The notes under the pieces are model-generated. The model had not been told where the DNA came from, made no database searches, and saw only the letters and a list, made by a program, of their open reading frames with translations. Source: Dehalococcoidia bacterium (GTDB lineage Bacteria; Chloroflexota; Dehalococcoidia; Bin125). From it: a DNA stretch of 64,000 nucleotides. A program made the position numbers and the translations under genes. Positions within the stretch are counted from its first letter, which is position 1, and every line of letters starts with the position of its first letter. Of this stretch, positions 1-8,594 are shown piece by piece. The stretch covers positions 2,054,938 through 2,118,937 of the forward strand of contig OZ242948.1 of NCBI GenBank assembly GCA_965211635.1, written 5' to 3'.

Positions 1-394
1 CCAGAACGCGACCAAGCCGCCCAACCTTGCCCATCAACTCACGTTGCGCGACCGCTACGTCGAAGTCAGTGAATCCATCCTGCACTCGCTCGATCAGGTC
101 ATCCGACCCGACAATCTCAGCGCCCGCCTCCGTCGCTGATGCGGCGGCGTCACCTTCGGCGAACACGGCCACTCGAACCTCTTTGCCCAGGCCGTGCGGC
201 AGTCGTGCTGTGCCGCGCAACTGCTGGTCCGCATGCCGCACGTCCAGCCCGGTGCGGATGTGCAGCTCGACCGTCTCGTCAAACTTCGCGGTCGCCATTT
301 GCTTGACCAGCGCGACAGCCTCGGGCGGCGAGTAGTGCTGTTCCTTGGTGTACGACTCCAGCGCCGTGCGATATCGCTTGCCTCGCTTTGGCAT
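1..394 (-). CDS. rplA: 50S ribosomal protein L1, N-terminal part (gene runs off window start)
   Basis: Own minus-strand translation from ATG at ~392-394: MPKRGKRYRTALESYTKEQHYSPPEAVALVKQMATAKFDETVELHIRTGLDVRHADQQLRGT..., a classic L1 N-terminus. Lies directly downstream of rplK as in the conserved secE-nusG-rplK-rplA cluster. Absent from the ORF track because it is truncated by the window edge. Confidence 0.85.
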   Translation of the reverse strand, partial: MPKRGKRYRTALESYTKEQHYSPPEAVALVKQMATAKFDETVELHIRTGLDVRHADQQLRGTARLPHGLGKEVRVAVFAEGDAAASATEAGAEIVGSDDLIERVQDGFTDFDVAVAQRELMGKVGRLGRVL

Positions 395-396
395 CG

Positions 397-822
397 TTAG
401 CCCTCGACTTCCACGCCCATCGAACGCGCGGTGCCGGCAACCATGCGCATCGCGGCTTCGACGTCGTTTGCGTTCAGATCCTGCATCTTTTGTTCGGCGA
501 TGGCTCGCACCTGGTCCGAGCTGATCGAACCTGCAACCTCGCGCCGAGGCTCCGAGGCGCCCTTCTCCAGACCAGCCGCGCGACGGATCAGGTCCGAGGC
601 CGGGGGCGTTCGCAGCTCGAATGTGAAAGAGCGATCTTCATAGATCGTGATCTGCGCGGGTATCAACTCGCCCGCGCTGGATGCGGTGCGTTCGTTGTAG
701 CTCTTGACGAACTCCATGATGCCCACGCCATGCTGACCCAGGGCCGGGCCAACCGGTGGCGCCGGGCTTGCCTTGCCGGCCTCGAGCTGCAGCGTCAACA
801 CTGCTCGTACACGCTTCGCCAT
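397..822 (-). CDS. rplK: 50S ribosomal protein L11
   Basis: ORF track 141 aa, [43 protein letters not shown]...; textbook L11 N-terminal motif (PPVGPALGQ). Confidence 0.95.
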   Translation of the reverse strand: MAKRVRAVLTLQLEAGKASPAPPVGPALGQHGVGIMEFVKSYNERTASSAGELIPAQITIYEDRSFTFELRTPPASDLIRRAAGLEKGASEPRREVAGSISSDQVRAIAEQKMQDLNANDVEAAMRMVAGTARSMGVEVEG

Positions 823-912
823 CCAACCGTCTTCCTATCTCGCCGGCCGACCACGCCGACAGGCGCTGATTCGCAACTCAATCTCGTCGTTTTGGACGCA
901 CAAGTGGCTAGC

Positions 913-1827
913 TTACTGCTTCTCCACCTGGTCAAAGTCCAACTCAAGCGGCGTCTCGCGACCGAACATCGAGATGCGCACCCGCACTTTGCCCTTCTCC
1001 AGGTTGATCTCTTCAACCTCGGCGACCATGTCCACAAACGGACCATCGGTCAGCCGCACCGAGTCATTGACCGAGAATCCCACGCGCACTCGCGGCTCTT
1101 CGACCTGGGTCTGGCCGATAATCTTCGCGACCTGGGCGGGCGGCAACGGGATGGCGCGATCTCGAAGCTCTTCTCGCGTGCCAACGAATCCGGTTACGCC
1201 CGCTGTGCCGTTGACTACGTGCCACGACTGGTCAGACGGACCACCGGTCTCATCGTCCAACCGAATCTGGACCAGCACATACCCAGGCAGCAGCTTGCGC
1301 TCTACTTCCCGACGCTTGCCTCCGCGGATTTCAACCTCTTGTTGCGTGGGTACCAGCACGAAGCGTTTCTCCGGGCCGTCGCTCTTCGACTGACCGACGC
1401 GCTCCGGCGCGAGTTCGACGAACTCGTCCTCGACATCCATGTTGCGAATCCGCAAGTCGAGTGAATGTTGCACCCGATTCTCGTGGCCAGTGTAGGTGTT
1501 GATCGCGAACCAGGCGGCGCCGGCCTCCTGGATCCCCTCCAGGGAGAGCGCCGGCTCGGATTCTTCCTCTACCCGCTCGTCGCCGCTCAGGAACGTCGGT
1601 ATCGGGGTCGGAGCCTCTTCCAGCGGTTGGTCCAAACCGAGTTCGACCAACGCTTCGGCAGCCGTCGCATCGTACTCGGGTTCGTCCGACTCCGATTCGG
1701 TCTCGATACCCAGGGCCCGTGCGGCCGCGAGAACGTCCTGTAGCTCTCGCTCGGCTGCCGTCATCTCAGGACGTTCGAATCCGCTATCGCCCTCTGGCGC
1801 TTCACGTGTCTCTTGTGGTGTTGTCAT
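913..1827 (-). CDS. nusG: Transcription termination/antitermination factor NusG, with acidic ~110 aa N-terminal extension
   Basis: 304 aa. Core AWFAINTYTGHENRV...FVLVPTQQEVEIRGGKRREVERKLLPGYVLVQ... (NGN domain) and C-terminal KOW region (FSVNDSVRLTDGPFVDMVAEVEEINLEKGKVRVRISMFGRETPLELDFDQVEKQ). Position between secE and rplK. The true start may be internal (e.g. MTAAERELQ). Confidence 0.85.
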   Translation of the reverse strand: MTTPQETREAPEGDSGFERPEMTAAERELQDVLAAARALGIETESESDEPEYDATAAEALVELGLDQPLEEAPTPIPTFLSGDERVEEESEPALSLEGIQEAGAAWFAINTYTGHENRVQHSLDLRIRNMDVEDEFVELAPERVGQSKSDGPEKRFVLVPTQQEVEIRGGKRREVERKLLPGYVLVQIRLDDETGGPSDQSWHVVNGTAGVTGFVGTREELRDRAIPLPPAQVAKIIGQTQVEEPRVRVGFSVNDSVRLTDGPFVDMVAEVEEINLEKGKVRVRISMFGRETPLELDFDQVEKQ

Positions 1828-2261
1828 CAGGGCAACAGCGCTTCCTCAACCACGCGATTCAGTCCAAAGTCGATCGCACCCAGGAAAATGCCCACGGCGA
1901 TCGCGACAACCAGCACAACGACCGTCAGGTTGCCCGTCTCCTGGCGTGATGGCCAAACCACGCGGCGCAACTCGTCAATGATCGCCATGATCGCGCGGGG
2001 ATGTGTCAGTCGATAGAACAGACTCTGCACCCGCGGAGCATCACTGGTAGTAGGACGCGAGGAGGCGATCTCCCGCCTGGGGCGCGCCGGTAGCGACGCG
2101 GCATCCGACGCAGCCGCCGCCGGGTCAACGTTGTCGGCGGCTGGCGCGACGCTCTCCGGACGCGACACGTTCTGCCTGCTGGGACGCGGTGTCGCGGTCG
2201 CGGCCCGCGGTTGACCGCTCTTACGGCCCCGGCGCCGACGGTTGTCTCGCGTTCGGGCCAC
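1827..2261 (-). CDS. secE: Preprotein translocase subunit SecE (basic N-terminal extension; start uncertain)
   Basis: C-terminal part IMAIIDELRRVVWPSRQETGNLTVVVLVVAIAVGIFLGAIDFGLN matches the SecE TM helix and the (V/T)WP(S/T)R motif. Conserved position upstream of nusG. The arginine-rich N-terminus may or may not be translated; an alternative start is near 1988. Confidence 0.7.
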   Translation of the reverse strand: MARTRDNRRRRGRKSGQPRAATATPRPSRQNVSRPESVAPAADNVDPAAAASDAASLPARPRREIASSRPTTSDAPRVQSLFYRLTHPRAIMAIIDELRRVVWPSRQETGNLTVVVLVVAIAVGIFLGAIDFGLNRVVEEALLP

Positions 2262-2264
2262 GAT

Positions 2265-2426
2265 TCACCGCGTCTCCCGGTACTCACGACGCGTCCGGCA
2301 CTTGGGGCAGAACTTGGTCAGCTCCAGCCGGTCCGCGTCGTTGCGACGATTCTTCTTTGTGTGGTACGTGTGCGACTGGCACTCGCGGCAGCGCAGCGTG
2401 ATAAACACGCGATCACCCTTCGCCAT
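2265..2426 (-). CDS. rpmG: 50S ribosomal protein L33
   Basis: Internal start [53 protein letters not shown] (53 aa). CxxC...CxxC zinc ribbon typical of L33. The ORF track's longer 65 aa ORF (2265..2462) probably over-extends upstream. Confidence 0.85.
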   Translation of the reverse strand: MAKGDRVFITLRCRECQSHTYHTKKNRRNDADRLELTKFCPKCRTRREYRETR

Positions 2427-2512
2427 TGCCAGCTCCCTTCTGCGCGCCTCAGCCGAATACACCCATCATCGCACGAATCGCGACTCGAGCGCTATTCCTG
2501 CGTAACTCGGCG

Positions 2513-3715
2513 CTATTCGACGATCGAGGTGACCGCGCCGGCGCCCACCGTGCGGCCGCCCTCGCGTATCGCAAAGCGCAGACCCTCCTCCAGCGCAATC
2601 GGCGAAATCAAGCGCACCGACATCTGCACGTTGTCCCCGGGCATCGCCATCTCCACACCCTCAGGCAGACCTATCTCGCCCGTCACGTCCGTCGTGCGAA
2701 TGTAAAACTGCGGTCGATAGCCGCTGAAGAACGGACTGTGCCGCCCGCCCTCGTCCTTCGACAGGATGTACACCTCCGCCTCGAACGCCGTGTGCGGCGT
2801 GATCGACCCCGGCGCCGCCAATACCTGACCGCGCGCAATCTCGTCGCGGTCTATGCCCCGCAAGAGACAGCCCACGTTGTCCCCCGCCTCGCCCGTCGGC
2901 AACGTCTTCTTGAACATCTCCACACCCGTCACCACCGTCGTCCGCGTGTCCTTGATCCCGACAATCTCAATCTCCTCCCCCGAGTTCACAATCCCACGCT
3001 CGATCCGACCCGTCGCCACCGTGCCACGTCCCTTGATCCCGAACACGTCCTCAATCGGCATCAAAAACGGCTGCTCCACCGGCCGCGGCGGCGTCGGCAC
3101 GTACTCGTCCACCGCCGCCATCAACTCCAAAATCGAGGCGTACTCCTCAGACCCCGGATCCCCAGACTCCGACTCCAGCGCCCCAAGCGCCGAACCCCGA
3201 ATCACCGGCACGTCGTCCCCAGGAAACTCGTAGTCCGACAACAACTCCCGCACCTCCAACTCGACCAAGTCCAGCAACTCCTCGTCGTCCATCATGTCCA
3301 CCTTGTTCAGATAGACCAGAATCCGCGGCACCCCCACCTGGCGCGCCAACAAAATGTGCTCCCGCGTCTGCGGCATCGGACCGTCCGGCGCCGCCACCAC
3401 CAAGATCGCCCCGTCCATCTGCGCCGCACCCGTAATCATGTTCTTGATGTAGTCCGCGTGCCCCGGCGCGTCAATGTGCGCGTAGTGCCGCGCCTCCGTC
3501 TCGTACTCCACGTGCGCAATCGCTATCGTGATCCCCCGCGCTCGCTCCTCCGGCGCGTTGTCAATCGAGTCGAAACTCGAAAACGACACCTTCTCGTTCG
3601 ACATCGCCAGCGTCTTCGTGATCGCCGCCGTCAGCGTCGTCTTGCCGTGATCCACGTGACCTATCGTGCCCACGTTCACGTGCGGCTTCGTCCGCTCATA
3701 GACCTGTCGCGCCAT
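2513..3715 (-). CDS. tuf: Elongation factor Tu
   Basis: 400 aa, [34 protein letters not shown]..., P-loop [22 protein letters not shown] plausible RBS AGGAGGA lies on the minus strand ~3728-3734. Confidence 0.97.
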   Translation of the reverse strand: MARQVYERTKPHVNVGTIGHVDHGKTTLTAAITKTLAMSNEKVSFSSFDSIDNAPEERARGITIAIAHVEYETEARHYAHIDAPGHADYIKNMITGAAQMDGAILVVAAPDGPMPQTREHILLARQVGVPRILVYLNKVDMMDDEELLDLVELEVRELLSDYEFPGDDVPVIRGSALGALESESGDPGSEEYASILELMAAVDEYVPTPPRPVEQPFLMPIEDVFGIKGRGTVATGRIERGIVNSGEEIEIVGIKDTRTTVVTGVEMFKKTLPTGEAGDNVGCLLRGIDRDEIARGQVLAAPGSITPHTAFEAEVYILSKDEGGRHSPFFSGYRPQFYIRTTDVTGEIGLPEGVEMAMPGDNVQMSVRLISPIALEEGLRFAIREGGRTVGAGAVTSIVE

Positions 3716-3779
3716 CGTTGCGTCCTCCTGGTGACTGGCTGAATGACTCCTGGTCGGTAAGCGGAGCGGCGGCGGTGGA

Positions 3780-3855
3780 TGGAGCCCGCATCCAGACTTG
3801 AACTGGAGACCTCGTTCTTACCAAGAACGCGCTCTACCGACTGAGCTATGCGGGC
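3780..3855 (-). tRNA. tRNA-Thr (anticodon GGU)
   Basis: Minus-strand read: GCCCGCATAGCTCAGTCGGTAGAGCGCGTTCTTGGTAAGAACGAGGTCTCCAGTTCAAGTCTGGATGCGGGCTCCA. Clean cloverleaf: 7-bp acceptor, TTCAAGT T-loop, anticodon loop TTGGTAA, encoded CCA. Lies immediately upstream of tuf, as thrT does in E. coli. Confidence 0.85.
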
Positions 3856-3967
3856 CCGAGATTGCTGCCCAAACCTGCCGAGCTGCTCCGCTCCGATGAT
3901 TCGGTCGACTCAACGCCGGAGCCGCCAACGGCATAGCCATTCGCCGCGGCGACCTCTCTTCAGTTGC

Positions 3968-4053
3968 TGGTGCCGGGGGCAGGATTCGAACCTGCGAAGC
4001 CTTTCGGCGCCGGTTTTACAGACCGGTGGTATTAGCCACTCACCCACCCCGAC
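3968..4053 (-). tRNA. tRNA-Tyr (anticodon GUA), class II long variable arm
   Basis: Minus-strand read: GTCGGGGTGGGTGAGTGGCTAATACCACCGGTCTGTAAAACCGGCGCCGAAAGGCTTCGCAGGTTCGAATCCTGCCCCCGGCACCA. Anticodon stem CCGGT/ACCGG, loop CTGTAAA, long variable arm, GGTTCGAATCC T-arm, encoded CCA. Confidence 0.85.
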
Positions 4054-4155
4054 ACTGCTCACATCTTAGACCCACCGGCCCAGCCTCACAGCCCATGGCC
4101 GGGCCGCGAAGTGCTCACCGTCTGTTCACCAGCACGCAAACTGGCTGATTCAACC

Positions 4156-4231
4156 TGGAGCCCAAGGGGGGATTCGAACCCCCAACCTGCCGATTACAAA
4201 TCGGCTGCGCTGCCAATTGCGCCACCTGGGC
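4156..4231 (-). tRNA. tRNA-Thr (anticodon UGU)
   Basis: Minus-strand read: GCCCAGGTGGCGCAATTGGCAGCGCAGCCGATTTGTAATCGGCAGGTTGGGGGTTCGAATCCCCCCTTGGGCTCCA. Anticodon loop TTTGTAA, T-arm GGGGGTTCGAATCCCCC, encoded CCA. Confidence 0.85.
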
Positions 4232-4378
4232 CTATCTCGATACTAGTCCCACAGCGCCTCCGCGGTCTCAACTGCAATCGCGCAACAGACAACAGATCAG
4301 GCGTGTCAGGACTGAGACCAACAGGACAGTCACCAAGCCCTTATCCTGCCCCTGCGCTCATTCATCTCTCCAGGCGCC

Positions 4379-5134
4379 GTGAACAGGACTCCTATGACTC
4401 GGACTCTGCTCCTCTTGTCCACCACAGCCTTCGTTCTCTCCGTAGTCGGCTTCGTTGCCCTCTATTCATCGTCGCCGACAGCCCAGGCCCAGCCGCCCGT
4501 CTGCGTCAACCTGGCCCCTGGCGACCATACGTTCACCGCTCCGTCTCGCGATCGCCCCGGCGATGTATCGTTCACCGTCAGCGTGGGCGAAGGCGGCGTC
4601 GTCACCTCAGTGACCGAGCCGGGCGGACAGTCCCTACCGCCCCCGTTGATGCTTGAGCTCTTCGCCGGCGATGACCCTTACCCGCTCCCGGAGGGCGTCG
4701 CCATCGTCGAGTGCGACGCCGCCGACAGTCTGGCCGCGGGCGGCCAGGACAGCGGAGAGCTCTGCCTCAACCTCGAACCTGGCAGCTATGAGGAGTCCGT
4801 CAGCGCCAGCGGGCAGACCTACAACATCACTATCCACGTCGGCGAAAACGGCCGCTTGATCAGCGTCGACGTACTCGGACAGTCCTACGCGCCCTCCGAC
4901 GCGTTGGCCTTACTGGCGCAGTTCGGAGCTTCCGTCCCGCCCCACATCCAGATCCTCCCTTGTGAGCCAGTAGTCGGCGCCGCATATCCGACCACCGGCA
5001 CGGGCGGACTCGCCGACTCCGGCAGCCTTGGCGGACTCTGGGCCGGCCTGGCGACGTTGTCGGTGCTCGCAATCGCGATTGGCGCCGTCGTCCATCGGCG
5101 GCGGACGACAATCCGCGTCAAAGATGACCGCTAG
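4379..5134 (+). CDS. Secreted/cell-surface protein with N-terminal signal peptide and C-terminal sorting-signal-like tail (hypothetical)
   Basis: 251 aa. N-terminus MNRTPMTRTLLLLSTTAFVLSVVGFVALYSSSPTAQAQP is signal-peptide-like. C-terminus ...LPCEPVVGAAYPTTGTGGLADSGSLGGLWAGLATLSVLAIAIGAVVHRRRTT carries an (L/Y)PxTG-like motif, then a hydrophobic helix, then an RRR tail. No recognisable enzymatic motifs. Confidence 0.5.
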   Translation: MNRTPMTRTLLLLSTTAFVLSVVGFVALYSSSPTAQAQPPVCVNLAPGDHTFTAPSRDRPGDVSFTVSVGEGGVVTSVTEPGGQSLPPPLMLELFAGDDPYPLPEGVAIVECDAADSLAAGGQDSGELCLNLEPGSYEESVSASGQTYNITIHVGENGRLISVDVLGQSYAPSDALALLAQFGASVPPHIQILPCEPVVGAAYPTTGTGGLADSGSLGGLWAGLATLSVLAIAIGAVVHRRRTTIRVKDDR

Positions 5135-5148
5135 GCGGCAATGGGCAG

Positions 5149-6579
5149 CTAGAAGCGCAGCGCGCTTTCGACCAGCGGATCGGCGCTGGGCGCCTCCTCG
5201 ACCGCTTCAGGCTCGGGCAGGACCCGGCGCCACCTTGTGCCCTCCCGCGTGTCCTCGAGCGCAACTCCCAGTTCCGTCAGTCGGTCTCGGACCGAGTCAG
5301 CCAACTCGTACTGCTTCGCCCCGCGAAGTTCCTGGCGAATCGTCACCAGCAGATCGATGAACGGTGCCGCATCCGACTCGACCGACGCCGACACGCCGGC
5401 AAACCCCAACCCCAACACGCCGCCCAGCTCGACCAGCGCATCACGAGCCGCGCCCGCCGGACGTCCCTCAGCTCGCTCCCGATTGATCCCGCGAGCCAGG
5501 TCAAACAGCGTTGCCAGCGCTTGCGGCGTATTCAAGTCGTCCTCCAGCGCCGCAATGAACGCCTCACGAGCCGCACTGGGATCGATCGCTCCCTCGCCCT
5601 CAGTTAACGGCAATGTCACCGCCGTATGCAGACGCTCCGCGCCGCGAGCCGCCGACACTAGCGATTCCTCCGAGTACGTCAACGGAGAACGGTAGTGTCC
5701 GCCAAGCACGAACATCCGCAACCCGTCCGCGCCGTAGCGATCGAGCCCTTCCCGCAGCCGCACGATCCTGCCCGTCGACTTCGACATCTTCTCGCCGCCC
5801 ACCTGCATCATCGCGTTGTGCATCCAGTGCCGCACGAACGGCTCCTGCCCCGAAAACCCCTCCGACTGCGCAATCTCGTTCTCGTGATGCGGGAAGATCA
5901 GGTCCATTCCACCGCCATGCAGGTCAATCTGCTCGCCCAGGTAGCGAATCGACATTGCCGAGCACTCAATGTGCCAACCCGGACGGCCCGGACCCCAGGG
6001 ACTCTCCCACTGTGGCTCACCCGGCTTCGCGCCCTTCCACAGGGTGAAGTCCATCGGATGCTCTTTCTCGACGCCGATATCCGTCGGTTCCGCCGAGATC
6101 ATGTCGTCCAGCGTCCGACCCGACAGCTTCCCATAGCCCGGCATCTCTCGCACCCGGTAGTACACATCGCCGCCGGCCGGGTAGGCCATGCCCTTCTCAA
6201 TCAATCCGCCAATCAGGTCCATCATCTGCGGAATCTCCTCGGTCGCCCGAGGATGCACATCCGCAGGCGCGATCCCCAACTCGCGCCACTCGCCCATGAA
6301 TGAGGCAATCTGCCGCTCAGCAAGCTCTGTGACCGTCGTCCCCTCCTGCGCCGCCCGAGCGATCAGCTTGTCGTCGACATCCGTAAAGTTGTAGACCAGG
6401 CGCACCCGGCGACCGCGCCACTCCAGGTATCGGCGCAGCGTGTCAAAGATGATGATTGACATTGCGTGACCCAGGTGCGCGTCATCGTATGGCGTGATCC
6501 CGCACACGTACATCGAGACTGGATCGTCAACCGGTTCAAACGGCTGCTTGCGGCGTGTCAGCGTGTTGTACAGCTCCAC
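5149..6579 (-). CDS. cysS: Cysteine--tRNA ligase
   Basis: 476 aa, MELYNTLTRRKQPFEPVDDPVSMYVCGITPYDDAHLGHA (HIGH motif) and KMSKSTGRIV (KMSKS). Start codon appears to be GTG. Confidence 0.95.
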   Translation of the reverse strand: MELYNTLTRRKQPFEPVDDPVSMYVCGITPYDDAHLGHAMSIIIFDTLRRYLEWRGRRVRLVYNFTDVDDKLIARAAQEGTTVTELAERQIASFMGEWRELGIAPADVHPRATEEIPQMMDLIGGLIEKGMAYPAGGDVYYRVREMPGYGKLSGRTLDDMISAEPTDIGVEKEHPMDFTLWKGAKPGEPQWESPWGPGRPGWHIECSAMSIRYLGEQIDLHGGGMDLIFPHHENEIAQSEGFSGQEPFVRHWMHNAMMQVGGEKMSKSTGRIVRLREGLDRYGADGLRMFVLGGHYRSPLTYSEESLVSAARGAERLHTAVTLPLTEGEGAIDPSAAREAFIAALEDDLNTPQALATLFDLARGINRERAEGRPAGAARDALVELGGVLGLGFAGVSASVESDAAPFIDLLVTIRQELRGAKQYELADSVRDRLTELGVALEDTREGTRWRRVLPEPEAVEEAPSADPLVESALRF

Positions 6580-6609
6580 GGACCAACTCCCAAAGTTTCA
6601 GTCAACGAC

Positions 6610-6675
6610 CCGCTCCGCTTCCCCCTCTGGGGGAAGCTGTCCCGGAGGGACCGAAGGGGGGCGCTCCCGCGCCGA
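6610..6675. repeat. GC-rich modular palindromic repeat (family C copy) in the cysE-cysS intergenic spacer
   Basis: Modules CTTCCCCC-TCT-GGGGGAAG, CTGTCCC-GGA-GGGAC, GAAGGGGGGCGC. The same modules recur at 9655, 35705, 53590 and 61421. Confidence 0.6.
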
Positions 6676-6683
6676 CACCTAGC

Positions 6684-7403
6684 CTATCCCGCCGCCGTCT
6701 CGCCCGAACGCGACTCCTGCTCATCCACCTGGTCCCGCAACCGCCGCAGCTCCAGCCTCAAGTCCGACACCGAAGTCTCCAGCGCCTCGATCCGGTCATG
6801 TTCAGGATCCGGCAGACGCAGCACCGTATCGTCGCCCGGGTCGTAGTACGCCACCACGTGTCCGGGCACACCGACCACGGTCGAGTACTGCGGCACATTC
6901 GAAACCACCACCGCGCCGGCCCCAATCCTCGCGCCGGTGCCAATCGTCACCGCACCTACGATCGACGCGTTCGCCCCAACCAGCACCTCGTCGCCAAACG
7001 TTGGATGCCGCCGCTTGCGCATCGTCGAGGTCCCGCCAAGCGTCACACCCTGGTGCAGATGACAGCGCTTTCCAATCCGCGCCGTCTCTCCGATCACCAC
7101 ACCCATCCCGTGGTCAATCAGGCACGGCGCGGCAATCTGCGCGCCTGGATGGATCTCGATTCCCGTCGCCCAGCGCCCGAGATGCGACAACAAGCGGGGC
7201 AAGACAGGGACCCCGATTCGCAACAACCCGCCCGAGACCCGATGCAGCATCAATGCGTGAATGCCGGGATAGGCAAGTAACACTTCCAACCAGAACATCG
7301 CCGCCGGATCGCGCTCCAGCGTGAACTCGATGTCCGTCCACGTGTCATCGACGAACTGGAGATACCAGTCAACGACGCCTCGGATCGTGGACAGAACAGA
7401 CAT
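6684..7403 (-). CDS. cysE: Serine O-acetyltransferase with C-terminal coiled-coil-like extension
   Basis: 239 aa. N-terminal SAT helical domain (DPAAMFWLEVLLAYPGIHALMLHRVS) followed by hexapeptide repeats (IGETARIGKRCHLHQGVTLGG...VLVGANASIVGAVTIGTGARIGAGAVV). Adjacent to cysS. Confidence 0.9.
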   Translation of the reverse strand: MSVLSTIRGVVDWYLQFVDDTWTDIEFTLERDPAAMFWLEVLLAYPGIHALMLHRVSGGLLRIGVPVLPRLLSHLGRWATGIEIHPGAQIAAPCLIDHGMGVVIGETARIGKRCHLHQGVTLGGTSTMRKRRHPTFGDEVLVGANASIVGAVTIGTGARIGAGAVVVSNVPQYSTVVGVPGHVVAYYDPGDDTVLRLPDPEHDRIEALETSVSDLRLELRRLRDQVDEQESRSGETAAG

Positions 7404-7412
7404 GGCAGCAGC

Positions 7413-8594
7413 CTATACGTCCATCCGCGGCTTGCAGCGAACCCGAACCGTCGCCACTGCGTGCGCCGCAATGCCCTCCGCGCGCCCAAGCGCTCCCATA
7501 CCCTCCGCCGTCGTCGCCGCGACATTGACTGCAGTTATGTCAAGCTCCATCGCTTCGGAGAGTCGTTCCCGCATTGCCGCAACGTGCGGTCGAAGCCTCG
7601 GCCGCTCCGCGATCACTGTCGCATCCAGCGATTGCGGCCGCGCGCCCAGTTCTCCGAGCTTCGACACCACGACTCTCAGCATCTCCACCGAGTCGGCATC
7701 CTCCCACTCCGGCTCCGATGTGCCGAAGTGCGCGCCGATATCCCCAAGTCCCGCCGCTCCCAGCAACGCGTCGATGACTGCATGCGTCAACGCGTCCGCG
7801 TCCGAATGCCCGGCCAGACCATCCTCTCCCGAAAACTCGACTCCGCCCAGCACCAACGGCCGTCCCGCCTCAAATCGATGCGAGTCGATCCCAATCCCCG
7901 TGTGAATCTCGTAGCGAGCGCCCAACAGAGCTTCGGCCACAACCAGGTCGGACGGCGATGTGATCTTGGGATTCGGCCCACCCACGTCATGCACCACCAC
8001 TCGCTCACCTAGCCGCTCGACAAGCCCCGCGTCGTCGGTAGCAAGCACGCCGTCCATTCGAGCCGCCTGATGCGCTCGACGAAGAGTCTGGGCGCGGAAC
8101 ACCTGTGGCGTGGCTATAGTTCTCAACGTCGCTCGATCCGGCGTCGCGATGATCTCCTCTTCCTCTCCCACGAATTTGACCGTATCGACGGCCGGACCTC
8201 CCGCAATCACGCTCGAACCATCTCTTGCTCGCTCAATGCAACCGGCAATGCCGTCGGAAGTGATCAGCGGACGCGCGCCGTCGTGAACGGCAACGATGTC
8301 AATCGACCTGAGCGCCGCCAATCCGGCCCAGACCGAGTCCTGACGCTCCTTGCCACCGGTCACGAGCGCTCGAATCTTGTTCGATCCTCGGCAGAGTTCA
8401 GCAATAGCCGACCGATTTGCCGCCGATGTCACGACCACAATGTCATCTATCGCATCGCACCGCTCAAATGCTGCCAGAGTCCAACTCAGGACGGGTTCTC
8501 CATCCAGGTCGGCAAGTAGCTTGTCTCCACCGCCCATACGGCTGCTGCTGCCCGCAGCCAACACGATTGCTCCGATCCTCTGGCGTCCGGTCAC
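7413..8594 (-). CDS. ispDF: Bifunctional 2-C-methyl-D-erythritol 4-phosphate cytidylyltransferase / 2-C-methyl-D-erythritol 2,4-cyclodiphosphate synthase (IspDF fusion)
   Basis: 393 aa. N-terminus IGAIVLAAGSSSRMGGGDKLL (IspD). C-terminus HTGIGIDSHRFEAGRPLVLGGVEFSGEDGLAGHSDADALTHAVIDALLGAAGLGDIGAHF (IspF zinc/CDP-binding motifs). Confidence 0.9.
   Translation of the reverse strand: MTGRQRIGAIVLAAGSSSRMGGGDKLLADLDGEPVLSWTLAAFERCDAIDDIVVVTSAANRSAIAELCRGSNKIRALVTGGKERQDSVWAGLAALRSIDIVAVHDGARPLITSDGIAGCIERARDGSSVIAGGPAVDTVKFVGEEEEIIATPDRATLRTIATPQVFRAQTLRRAHQAARMDGVLATDDAGLVERLGERVVVHDVGGPNPKITSPSDLVVAEALLGARYEIHTGIGIDSHRFEAGRPLVLGGVEFSGEDGLAGHSDADALTHAVIDALLGAAGLGDIGAHFGTSEPEWEDADSVEMLRVVVSKLGELGARPQSLDATVIAERPRLRPHVAAMRERLSEAMELDITAVNVAATTAEGMGALGRAEGIAAHAVATVRVRCKPRMDV

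Noticed and set aside
3856-3967. Expected tRNA-Gly between tRNA-Tyr and tRNA-Thr(GGU), as in the E. coli tufB operon
   Set aside because: No acceptor/T-arm pairing or GGTTCGAATCC-like T-loop complement is visible in the 112-nt spacer. Treated as absent.
4232-4290. Sigma-70-like promoter for the tRNA operon (TTGAGA ... TAGTAT 8 nt before the tRNA-Thr(UGU) 5' end on the minus strand)
   Set aside because: The -10-like TAGTAT is well placed, but the best -35 candidate gives a 20-nt spacer. Too weak to annotate without TSS data. A similar GGGTAGTAT occurs upstream of alr (approx. 27460).
5146-5166. Hairpin GAAGCGC-AGC-GCGCTTC at the convergent junction of the secreted-protein gene and cysS as a bidirectional terminator
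   Set aside because: It lies inside the last codons of cysS (it encodes ...ESALRF*). It may still form in RNA, but it cannot be separated from coding constraint.
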